A DNA stretch of 13,719 nucleotides from a virus. The notes beneath the pieces were generated by a model. It did no database searches. It had not been told where the DNA came from and saw only the letters and a program-made list of their open reading frames with translations. A program made the translations under genes and the position numbers. The DNA is taken from the IMG/VR virus record IMGVR_UViG_3300045988_070799, positions 1 to 13,719 of that record, one strand, 5' to 3'. Shown here piece after piece: positions 1 through 6,095 of the stretch (positions are counted from its first letter, which is position 1; every line of letters begins with the position of its first letter).

Positions 1-104
1 TATTCCTGTAATAAAAAAATAATTGTCATTTCCCCACCGTCTGCGAGTTAGTTATAACTATCTGCCTATTAGTCAACCCTAACTCACTTATAAACAACAT
101 TCAA

Positions 105-124
105 TATATAACGTCTGTTATATA
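105..124. promoter_or_regulatory. Perfect 8-bp inverted repeat TATATAAC-gtct-GTTATATA inside the ITR (mirror copy 13596-13615); candidate operator or origin-binding site
   Basis: The palindrome is read directly from the sequence. Related motifs occur nearby: AGTTATAACT (50-59, a 10-bp palindrome), GTTAAC (133-138) and ACTGTTAGT / ACTAACAGT (142-150 / 175-183). Confidence 0.4.
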
Positions 125-186
125 ACGCATTTGTTAACTCAACTGTTAGTAGAAAAAATTCGTCCTCAAAATCAACTAACAGTATC

Positions 187-215
187 TTCACAATAGCCGT
201 TGAACGTGCTATTAT
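187..215 (+). promoter_or_regulatory. Candidate sigma-A/sigma-70 promoter inside ITR-L, facing inward
   Basis: The -35 is TTCACA (187-192), followed by a 17-nt spacer and an extended -10 TGcTATTAT (207-215). It lies about 50 nt upstream of the first ATG (269). Confidence 0.5.
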
Positions 216-268
216 ATACTTGTAAAGAGGAAGGAAACCTCACAAACCAGAAAGGGGAATGTTGCAAC

Positions 269-511
269 ATGAATAAATCAATTATAACACGCGAAGGCTG
301 GCACGTCACAAATGATGGCTTTCGCTACTATATTAAAGGTGGAAGAATCATTTACGGAGTTGTAAATGCCGAGGACGGCTCTGAAATTCGGGTGTTTCAA
401 TACAAGGTTCGACGTACAAAGAGCGGAAAAGTTTTTGACTACAAACGCGTTACACCACTTGCCCGTTATTATAATTTAACCCGCTACGTTTGGAGTCCAT
501 TTTTTGTTTGA
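269..511 (+). CDS. Hypothetical small basic protein (80 aa), first gene of the left arm
   Basis: The ATG at 269 follows the ITR-encoded SD AAAGGGGA (251-258). The ORF track extends the ORF to TTG 200, which lies inside the ITR promoter, so I trimmed it. I recognise no domain. Confidence 0.55.
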   Translation: MNKSIITREGWHVTNDGFRYYIKGGRIIYGVVNAEDGSEIRVFQYKVRRTKSGKVFDYKRVTPLARYYNLTRYVWSPFFV

Positions 512-524
512 AGGAGGGAACAAA

Positions 525-581
525 ATGTTGCTAACAGTAATCATGCTTGTAATTCTTGTAACATGGGGGTTGCAACAATGA
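525..581 (+). CDS. Candidate 18-aa hydrophobic micropeptide (MLLTVIMLVILVTWGLQQ)
   Basis: A consensus SD AAGGAGG (511-517) sits 7 nt upstream of ATG 525. The stop TGA (579-581) overlaps the ATG (578-580) of the next gene as ATGA. The ORF is below the ORF-track size cutoff. Confidence 0.35.
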   Translation: MLLTVIMLVILVTWGLQQ

Positions 582-763
582 ACAATAGAAAACGTCGATA
601 TAAAGTGATAACGATATCCATGTATCCTGAAGACTTGATGCGACTAAAAGAAATTTGCGACATTACGAGAGTGGGCAATCTTTCAAAAACTGCTCGTCTC
701 TGTATTAAAACCGTTTACAACGAATTGACAAGAAGGGGCCTTATAAATGGCAAGGTGGAATAA
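578..763 (+). CDS. Ribbon-helix-helix (Arc/MetJ/CopG-like) DNA-binding protein, putative transcriptional regulator
   Basis: The sequence MNNRKRRYKVITISMYPEDLMRLKEICD...NLSKTARLCIKTVY shows a basic N-terminus, a short beta strand and two helices, which is typical of RHH proteins. GGGGG (565-569) lies 8 nt before ATG 578. Confidence 0.6.
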   Translation: MNNRKRRYKVITISMYPEDLMRLKEICDITRVGNLSKTARLCIKTVYNELTRRGLINGKVE

Positions 764-1448
764 ACGATTCGCGCAAAGCACGGCGCTTGAAAATCGCCCG
801 CTTCCAGCGTCTGTATATGTAGGTACAAAAATTCCAAAAGCTGGGTTAACGCTAAAAGATGTTAAAAAAGAAATGAAGGCGCTTATAGATTTAATGGATA
901 AGCGCTTTAAGGCGGCACGGAAAAAGGGGGTTGAGTACGAAAGCATTAAACAGTATGAGCGCCATTATTGGGATAAACCATCCACCGTGCGGACGGTGGA
1001 GGAAGGCGTTCGGCAGATTCGCGCAATGTGGAAAGTGGTTAGTGGTACAAAAACTCCACAGAAATTATTTGCGGCACAACAAAACCAGTGGAAACGCGAA
1101 TATGAAACACTTTTACAGCGTGGATGGTTTACAGAAGAAACATTTACATATGAGGATTTTCTGCAATTCAGAAAATTTTTTGCCGTTTATTCCGACGCGA
1201 ATAAAGAAGCACAATATTATTACATCCTGCAAGATATAGTTGATATATCACAGGAGGGAACCACAAGGGTTAAGCGGAAATTCGCCAAATCGGACTGGGA
1301 GGACTTGTTAAAGAGGTGGGACTATTGGCAGCGTCAAGCGGATAAAGCACGGGCGCGATATAAAGAACGGCTTAAAGCAGGGGAATTTGTGAGCGGTTCA
1401 ACGGTTCGCGCAATGTTTGAAAAAGCCAAAAGAGAAGGGAATATTTAG
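747..1448 (+). CDS. Candidate terminal protein (TP) for protein-primed replication, 233 aa
   Basis: The gene lies immediately upstream of the protein-primed polB gene and is co-oriented with it, with a 2-nt gap. This matches the arrangement in phi29 (gp3-gp2), Cp-1 and PRD1. The protein is basic and helical, of TP-like size, and the genome has ITRs. The call rests on synteny and size only, because I recognise no sequence motif. The SD is AAGGGG (733-738). Confidence 0.55.
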   Translation: MARWNKRFAQSTALENRPLPASVYVGTKIPKAGLTLKDVKKEMKALIDLMDKRFKAARKKGVEYESIKQYERHYWDKPSTVRTVEEGVRQIRAMWKVVSGTKTPQKLFAAQQNQWKREYETLLQRGWFTEETFTYEDFLQFRKFFAVYSDANKEAQYYYILQDIVDISQEGTTRVKRKFAKSDWEDLLKRWDYWQRQADKARARYKERLKAGEFVSGSTVRAMFEKAKREGNI

Positions 1449-1450
1449 GA

Positions 1451-3466
1451 ATGTTCAGCGTATATGATGGCATTCAAAAAATAACGGCATTAACGCCTGA
1501 TAATCCACGGGCTAAAATTATATACGCTGATGCGCTGATGGCGTTTGACATTGAAACAACCCGGCTTGACGATGACAATGCCATAATGTACATCTGGCAA
1601 TGCGGGCTTTATGTAGGCGGAGAATACTATATCACATATGGGAGAACGTGGGAAGAATGGACTGCATTACAGGAAGCCTTAAATGCGCGACTGGGCGGAA
1701 TTACAATAATTTGTCTTGTTCATAATCTCTCATATGAGTTCCAATTTCTTGCAGGACTTTATGAATTTTCTGACGTTAAGTGCCTTAAAGCTCGAAAAAT
1801 ACTCTCTGCGACATGCGGTTGCATTGAATATCGTTGTTCCTACATCTGGACAAATAAAACGCTTTCAAAATTTCTGAAGGAAATGAATGTCCAGCACATG
1901 AAGAAGTCAGGAGCGGAATTTGACTATTCTAAAATCCGCTATCCGTGGACTGAACTTTCAGAAGCGGAGATTGAATATTGCCAAAATGACGTTATTGGAC
2001 TGCTTGAAGCTGCCGAAAAGAAGATTCTGCAAGATGGCGACACTCTTTATTCAGTTCCGCGCACATCTACGGGTTACGTCCGCCGGGATGCAAAACAAGC
2101 GTTAAGCCAAACACCACTCGGGGCGCTTAAACCCACAGAAGAAATTTATAGAAAACTGCGGAAGGCATTTCGTGGCGGAAACACGCACGCAAACCGTTAT
2201 TTTGTTGGCAAGGTTCTCTCCGGGGTGCAGTCCGTTGACCGTTCATCAAGTTATCCCGATGTGATGTTAAATCAGAAATTTCCGATGAAAGCATTCAAAA
2301 AATGCCCTGACGGAATCGCAACTATAAGGCGGGCGTTTGCATCTGGGCTTGCAATTCTTTGCACGATGAGCATAACAGGCGCGGCCCTGCGCAATCCGTT
2401 GTGGGGGTGCCCTTATATCCCTGTTAGCAAATGCCAAATGCTTATAAATCCTTTGGAAGATAACGGGCGTGTTCTTGAAGCGGATGCACTGACGATTGAA
2501 GTAACAGAAGTGGATATGCAGATAATTTTAGAAGAATATGACGGCGAATTCGATTTTACAGATATTTACACGGCAGAGAAGGACTATTTACCCAAGCCGT
2601 TTACTGATTGTATAAAACGCTACTACACAAACAAAACCAAACTTAAAGGCATTGAAGGGAGTGAATATGAATACATGAAAAGTAAGAATTTGTTAAATAG
2701 TCTGTACGGGATGACGGCGACAGACCCTGGAAAAGATGATATTATATTTGACGGCGACGAATATATTCAGCAGGAAACAGACGTAATTAAAAATATCAAA
2801 AAATCATTCCTTCCGTATCAATGGGGCGTATGGGTTACAGCGTACGCAAGGCTTGAGTTGGAAGAAATGATAAAGATTGCAGGGAATAATTTTGTTTATG
2901 CCGATACGGATAGCTGTAAATATATAAAATCAGCATCAATTAGTTACGAATCCTATAATAATAGATGCAAAACAATGTCACTTGAGCATGAGGCGTTTGC
3001 CGTAGACCCCCACGGAACATTTCATTACATGGGCGTTGCAGAAACAGAGGGTGAATATTTCCAGTTTTTAACATGGGGGGCGAAAAAATATGCTTCACAG
3101 GATGAACAGGGGCATATAAATATAACTATCGCAGGTGTGCGCAAAAATTCCACCAAAAATGCAGCTGGTGACATTGTGGAGTGGGGTGGTGCTGATGAAC
3201 TGGAAGAAGCAGGAGGACTTGTAAAATTCGCTCCCGGTTTTGTTTTCCGAAAAGCTGGGGGGCTTGAAAGCGTTTACAACGACCATGTATCGAAGACAAT
3301 TAGTATTGATGGGCACGAGTTACAAATAACAAGAAACGTATGTTTACGCCCTTCAACCTATGCAGTAGGAATTACATATAAATATGCGGACTTGCTCGAA
3401 GCGTTGAATAACACTTATATAAGTCTTGACGCTGACAGGAATGTGTGCTATAATCTTATTAGGTGA
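1451..3466 (+). CDS. Protein-primed family B DNA polymerase (phi29 gp2-like)
   Basis: The exonuclease motifs are present: ExoI FDIETT, ExoII HNLSYEFQF and ExoIII YCQNDVIGL. AFRGGNTH is followed by motif A VDRSSSYPDVM, then motif B KNLLNSLYGMTA, motif C VYADTDS (nt 2897-2914) and KxY GAKKYA. All occur in the canonical order. Confidence 0.97.
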   Translation: MFSVYDGIQKITALTPDNPRAKIIYADALMAFDIETTRLDDDNAIMYIWQCGLYVGGEYYITYGRTWEEWTALQEALNARLGGITIICLVHNLSYEFQFLAGLYEFSDVKCLKARKILSATCGCIEYRCSYIWTNKTLSKFLKEMNVQHMKKSGAEFDYSKIRYPWTELSEAEIEYCQNDVIGLLEAAEKKILQDGDTLYSVPRTSTGYVRRDAKQALSQTPLGALKPTEEIYRKLRKAFRGGNTHANRYFVGKVLSGVQSVDRSSSYPDVMLNQKFPMKAFKKCPDGIATIRRAFASGLAILCTMSITGAALRNPLWGCPYIPVSKCQMLINPLEDNGRVLEADALTIEVTEVDMQIILEEYDGEFDFTDIYTAEKDYLPKPFTDCIKRYYTNKTKLKGIEGSEYEYMKSKNLLNSLYGMTATDPGKDDIIFDGDEYIQQETDVIKNIKKSFLPYQWGVWVTAYARLELEEMIKIAGNNFVYADTDSCKYIKSASISYESYNNRCKTMSLEHEAFAVDPHGTFHYMGVAETEGEYFQFLTWGAKKYASQDEQGHINITIAGVRKNSTKNAAGDIVEWGGADELEEAGGLVKFAPGFVFRKAGGLESVYNDHVSKTISIDGHELQITRNVCLRPSTYAVGITYKYADLLEALNNTYISLDADRNVCYNLIR

Positions 3467-3498
3467 TAAATGCCGAACAAATATTAGGAGGGTTCATC

Positions 3499-3849
3499 AT
3501 GAGTAACACGAAGACTAACCAGAGTATTTCCCCGGCGGAACTGTATAAGCTGACGCTTTCTCGTGAAGGGCATACGATGTCGGAGTTGATGTCGAAGACT
3601 GTGCGCGTTGATGCATGGGCGGTCACAGAAACGGTTGACAGTAACGGCGAATTTAAGCCTCGTTGCGGAATTATCGTTGACGGTGTGGCCTATATCACGA
3701 ATGGTAGAGCGTTCAGTGAACGGCTTCTTTCCATTGTTGAATATCTTTGTACGGCTGGGATGGACGATGCCGGGTTCAAATTGCAGGTTACTAAGATTCG
3801 GAGCAAGAATAACCGCGATTATACGTCTTGCGAATTGATTTTCGAGTGA
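3499..3849 (+). CDS. Candidate single-stranded DNA-binding protein (phi29 gp5-like), 116 aa
   Basis: AGGAGG (3487-3492) lies 6 nt before ATG 3499. The protein is colinear with my recollection of phi29 gp5 (DG..Y......E....IV.L.....FK.QV....SKNN..Y.S.EL). Its size and its position beside the polymerase also fit. This needs HHpred confirmation. Confidence 0.45.
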   Translation: MSNTKTNQSISPAELYKLTLSREGHTMSELMSKTVRVDAWAVTETVDSNGEFKPRCGIIVDGVAYITNGRAFSERLLSIVEYLCTAGMDDAGFKLQVTKIRSKNNRDYTSCELIFE

Positions 3850-3856
3850 CGCATAT

Positions 3857-3886
3857 AGGCAGGGCGAGAACCCTGCCTTTATTTTT
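3857..3886 (+). terminator. Rho-independent terminator after the replication module
   Basis: The stem pairs AGGCAGGG (3857-3864) with CCCTGCCT (3871-3878) around a 6-nt loop. It is followed by the run TTTATTTTT. Confidence 0.8.
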
Positions 3887-3897
3887 AGGAGGGGTGT

Positions 3898-4917
3898 ATG
3901 AATAACTTATTTTTAGAAAACGGCTACGTTGATATGGCGCGAATAATAGAACAAAAATACCCATTTATTCTTATGACGGGTGCAAGAGGGACGGGAAAGA
4001 CTTACGGTGCAATTAAATATGTGATTGAACATAAGATGAAATTTATTTATATGAGACGAACAAAACTGCAAGCGGATGTTATTAGCTCCCCCGAAATGTC
4101 ACCATTCGCACCAGTATGCGAAGATATGAGTATGGCTCTTGAAATGGATAAAGTTTCTAAAGAAGCTACTGCCGTATATATCAATGAGGAAAGTACCCCC
4201 GCTGGCTATGTTATGGCGCTGTCCGGTGTTTCAAATATTCGAGGGTTTTCCGCACATGATATTGAAATTATCATATTTGATGAATTTATACCGGAATCGC
4301 ACGAACGAAGAATAAAAAATGAAGGGGATGCATTTTTTAACGCCTACGAGACAATAAACAGAAACAGGGAGTTGCAAGGTAAGCCGCCCGTGAAGTGTTT
4401 ATGCCTTGCCAATAGCAACAGCATTGTAAACCCGATTTTCCAGAGTTTAGGGCTTATTACGATTGCATACAAAATGGCGGAGCAGGAAACGCAGGAATAC
4501 AAAAACGGTGAGCGCGGATTGTATCTAATAAACTTGCGCAATAGCCCTATTAGCCGAAAGAAGGGAGAAACTGCGCTTTATCGACTTCTAAAGGATAATA
4601 AAATAAAAGATATGTCGCTGGAAAATCGCTTTTTGGATAAACCAGTATTGCAGACCATGAGCGCGAACCTAAAAGAGTATACGCCACTTGTAACGTGTGG
4701 AGAAATTACAGTTTATCGGCACAAGAGTAACCGAACATATTATATTAGCCCGCATGGGCAAGGAACGCGCCCGATATACAGTACTACGGAAAATGATTGT
4801 TTACGATTCCGCACGCTTTATCGATATCTGATGCTGGCATACATTGAACGCAAAATATACTGTGAATCCCCTGCTTGCGAAATTGTTTTTTGCCAATATT
4901 TCGGGATAGTTAAATAA
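3898..4917 (+). CDS. DNA encapsidation (packaging) ATPase, phi29 gp16-like
   Basis: Walker A is GARGTGKT (nt 3979-4002) and Walker B is IIIFDEF. The blocks FIYMRRTK, TINRNRE and CLCLANSNSIVNPIF match phi29 gp16 blocks GARGIGKSY, FIYVRRYK, IVFDEFI, FRNRE and CICLSNAVSVVNPYF. The SD is AGGAGGGG. Confidence 0.9.
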   Translation: MNNLFLENGYVDMARIIEQKYPFILMTGARGTGKTYGAIKYVIEHKMKFIYMRRTKLQADVISSPEMSPFAPVCEDMSMALEMDKVSKEATAVYINEESTPAGYVMALSGVSNIRGFSAHDIEIIIFDEFIPESHERRIKNEGDAFFNAYETINRNRELQGKPPVKCLCLANSNSIVNPIFQSLGLITIAYKMAEQETQEYKNGERGLYLINLRNSPISRKKGETALYRLLKDNKIKDMSLENRFLDKPVLQTMSANLKEYTPLVTCGEITVYRHKSNRTYYISPHGQGTRPIYSTTENDCLRFRTLYRYLMLAYIERKIYCESPACEIVFCQYFGIVK

Positions 4918-4920
4918 GCC

Positions 4921-4949
4921 TTGACAAATATAAAAAATTATGATATATT
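4921..4949 (+). promoter_or_regulatory. Near-consensus sigma-A promoter (candidate late or lysis-capsid promoter)
   Basis: The -35 is TTGACA (4921-4926), followed by a 17-nt spacer and an extended -10 TGaTATATT (4941-4949). Confidence 0.65.
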
Positions 4950-4955
4950 AAAATC

Positions 4956-5044
4956 AGCAATAGGGAAGCTCGAACGACAACCCCGGAAGGGTGAGCACGG
5001 CATAGTCGTATGCCCAGACCCCTATTGCTATTTGTTTCCGGGGA
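4956..5044 (+). promoter_or_regulatory. Structured roughly 90-nt leader or candidate small RNA downstream of the consensus promoter
   Basis: A 10-bp helix pairs 4956-4965 (AGCAATAGGG) with 5020-5029 (CCCTATTGCT). An inner hairpin is GGCATA-gtcg-TATGCC (4999-5014). CCCCGGA (4981-4987) is complementary to TCCGGGG (5038-5044), which gives a pseudoknot-type topology. The region has no convincing ORF. Confidence 0.45.
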
Positions 5045-5059
5045 GACAGGGGGATATAT

Positions 5060-5254
5060 ATGGAAATCTCCGATATTGTTACGCTAATCACGAATGTAGG
5101 TTTTCCGATTGCGTGTACTTGTGCACTTTTCTATTTTTGGAATAAGGAGCGCGAACAGCACCGGGAAGAAACAGTGGAATTGAAGGATGCTATCAATAAT
5201 AATACGATTGTAATGCAGCACCTCATTGATAGGTTTGGCGGTGATGAAAATTGA
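5060..5254 (+). CDS. Small membrane protein, YvrJ-like; putative holin
   Basis: The 64-aa protein has a single N-terminal transmembrane segment containing the NVGFPI motif that I associate with the YvrJ family, and a charged C-terminal tail. The SD AGGGGGA precedes the start. The stop overlaps the start of the downstream NlpC/P60 gene as TTGA. Confidence 0.55.
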   Translation: MEISDIVTLITNVGFPIACTCALFYFWNKEREQHREETVELKDAINNNTIVMQHLIDRFGGDEN

Positions 5255-5754
5255 TTGCGGCAGAATGGGCGGAAAAAATCAGTGCAAACCGTGTAGATTT
5301 AATCGGCATTCCGTATACATCACTTGATTGTCAGGCATTTGTCGAATTTTGCCTGAAAAAATACGCGGGAATCTCCAAAAACTGGCGCGGCTCAAATGAT
5401 ATGTGGCGCAACGCTGTGCATGATAAATCCGAAAATTTTGATAATGTCGATGTAGGAGAATGGGTATTCTCCATCAAACATGATGGAAACGAGCCAAAGC
5501 GCTATACCGATGGAGTGAATGCATCACATGTTGGCATCTACATCGGAAACGGAGAAGTTATTCACTCGACGACGGGCGGCGTGCAGATGGACAAAATTGA
5601 CAATAGAAAGCGGTGGACACATCACGCAAAGGCTAATTGCTTATACTATGCCTCTGAGGTTGTCAACACGCCTGTGCCGGATGAGAACGAACTATATTCT
5701 AACCTATACGGCGAACTTGTCACACTTGTAAATAAATATGGAGGTAACAAATAA
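5251..5754 (+). CDS. NlpC/P60-family cell-wall endopeptidase, putative endolysin
   Basis: The catalytic Cys context is YTSLDCQAFV and the His context is SHVGIYIGNGEVIHS. The start is TTG; the next in-frame Met would delete the catalytic Cys. The gene is adjacent to the holin-like gene. Confidence 0.85.
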   Translation: MIAAEWAEKISANRVDLIGIPYTSLDCQAFVEFCLKKYAGISKNWRGSNDMWRNAVHDKSENFDNVDVGEWVFSIKHDGNEPKRYTDGVNASHVGIYIGNGEVIHSTTGGVQMDKIDNRKRWTHHAKANCLYYASEVVNTPVPDENELYSNLYGELVTLVNKYGGNK

Positions 5755-6080
5755 TGAATGTATCTGACATTTTGACTCTGGCAAAAGCAGGCTTCACCGC
5801 TGAACAGATTGTGAAGCTGATGCAGATTGGTGCACCAGCACCGGCACCAGCACCGGCACCAGCACCGGAACCAGCATCTGCACCGGCACCAGCATCTGCA
5901 CCAGCATCTGCACCGGCACCAGCACCGGATAATACACAGGCGCAGTTTGACAAGGTTTTCCAGCAAATCGCAAACCTTACTGGAATTGTGCAGAAGGGCA
6001 ATTTACAGAATACACACGTTGACAATAGCAAGACGTTGACCGCGGAGGATGTTCTTTCGGAAATCATTCGCCCGAACTAA
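5754..6080 (+). CDS. Putative scaffolding protein with a central Ala-Pro linker
   Basis: The 108-aa protein lies directly upstream of the capsid gene, as phi29 gp7 precedes gp8. It has an N-terminal helix-hairpin motif LAKAGFTAEQIVKLM, which is common in Firmicute phage scaffolds, a 32-residue (AP)n-type linker, and a helical C-terminus. GGAGG lies 9 nt upstream of the ATG. Confidence 0.5.
   Translation: MNVSDILTLAKAGFTAEQIVKLMQIGAPAPAPAPAPAPEPASAPAPASAPASAPAPAPDNTQAQFDKVFQQIANLTGIVQKGNLQNTHVDNSKTLTAEDVLSEIIRPN
5832..5927 (+). repeat. Imperfect tandem repeat of 6-nt GCACCR units (with GCATCT/GAACCA variants) encoding APAPAPAPAPAPEPASAPAPASAPASAPAPAP
   Basis: The repeat is read directly from the sequence. 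It opens spurious ORFs in several frames on both strands. Confidence 0.9.
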
Positions 6081-6095
6081 TGGAGGTGTTAAAAT

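Larger units (their letters stand above)
1..259. repeat. Left inverted terminal repeat (ITR-L) of a linear protein-primed genome
   Basis: Bases 1-259 are the reverse complement of 13460-13719. A block-by-block comparison showed identity except for one homopolymer indel (AAA 235-237 versus TTTT 13482-13485). The arms diverge at 260 / 13459. Confidence 0.97.

Noticed and set aside
200-268. The N-terminal extension of the first ORF (TTG start at 200 in the ORF track).
   Set aside because: This start lies inside the ITR and overlaps the predicted promoter spacer and -10. It has no SD, whereas ATG 269 follows the ITR-encoded SD.
3463-3498. The upstream extension of the SSB-like ORF (ATG 3463).
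   Set aside because: It overlaps the polymerase stop and has no SD, whereas AGGAGG directly precedes ATG 3499.
683-3838. Nested or antisense ORFs in the replication module (683-946 minus, 931-1239 plus, 1920-2105 plus, 3095-3316 minus, 3608-3838 plus).
   Set aside because: All are embedded in longer, motif-supported CDSs in other frames, and none has a recognisable SD.
4921-5145. The 74-aa ORF starting at TTG 4921.
   Set aside because: Its TTG start is the first codon of the TTGACA -35 hexamer. It has no SD, and it overlaps the holin-like ORF, which has a good SD. The region is better explained as a promoter plus a structured leader.
5832-5927. The short tandem repeats could be a CRISPR-like array.
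   Set aside because: The units are 6-18 nt, contiguous and without spacers, and they are in frame within a CDS. This is a coding low-complexity repeat.
5646-6067. Three ORFs across the Ala-Pro repeat (5646-5966 minus, 5720-6067 minus, 5827-6039 plus), which encode CRC/WCR, GAGA and HQHR repeats.
   Set aside because: These are frame-independent open reading caused by the GCACCR tandem repeat. They have no SDs and lie entirely within, or antisense to, the scaffold gene.
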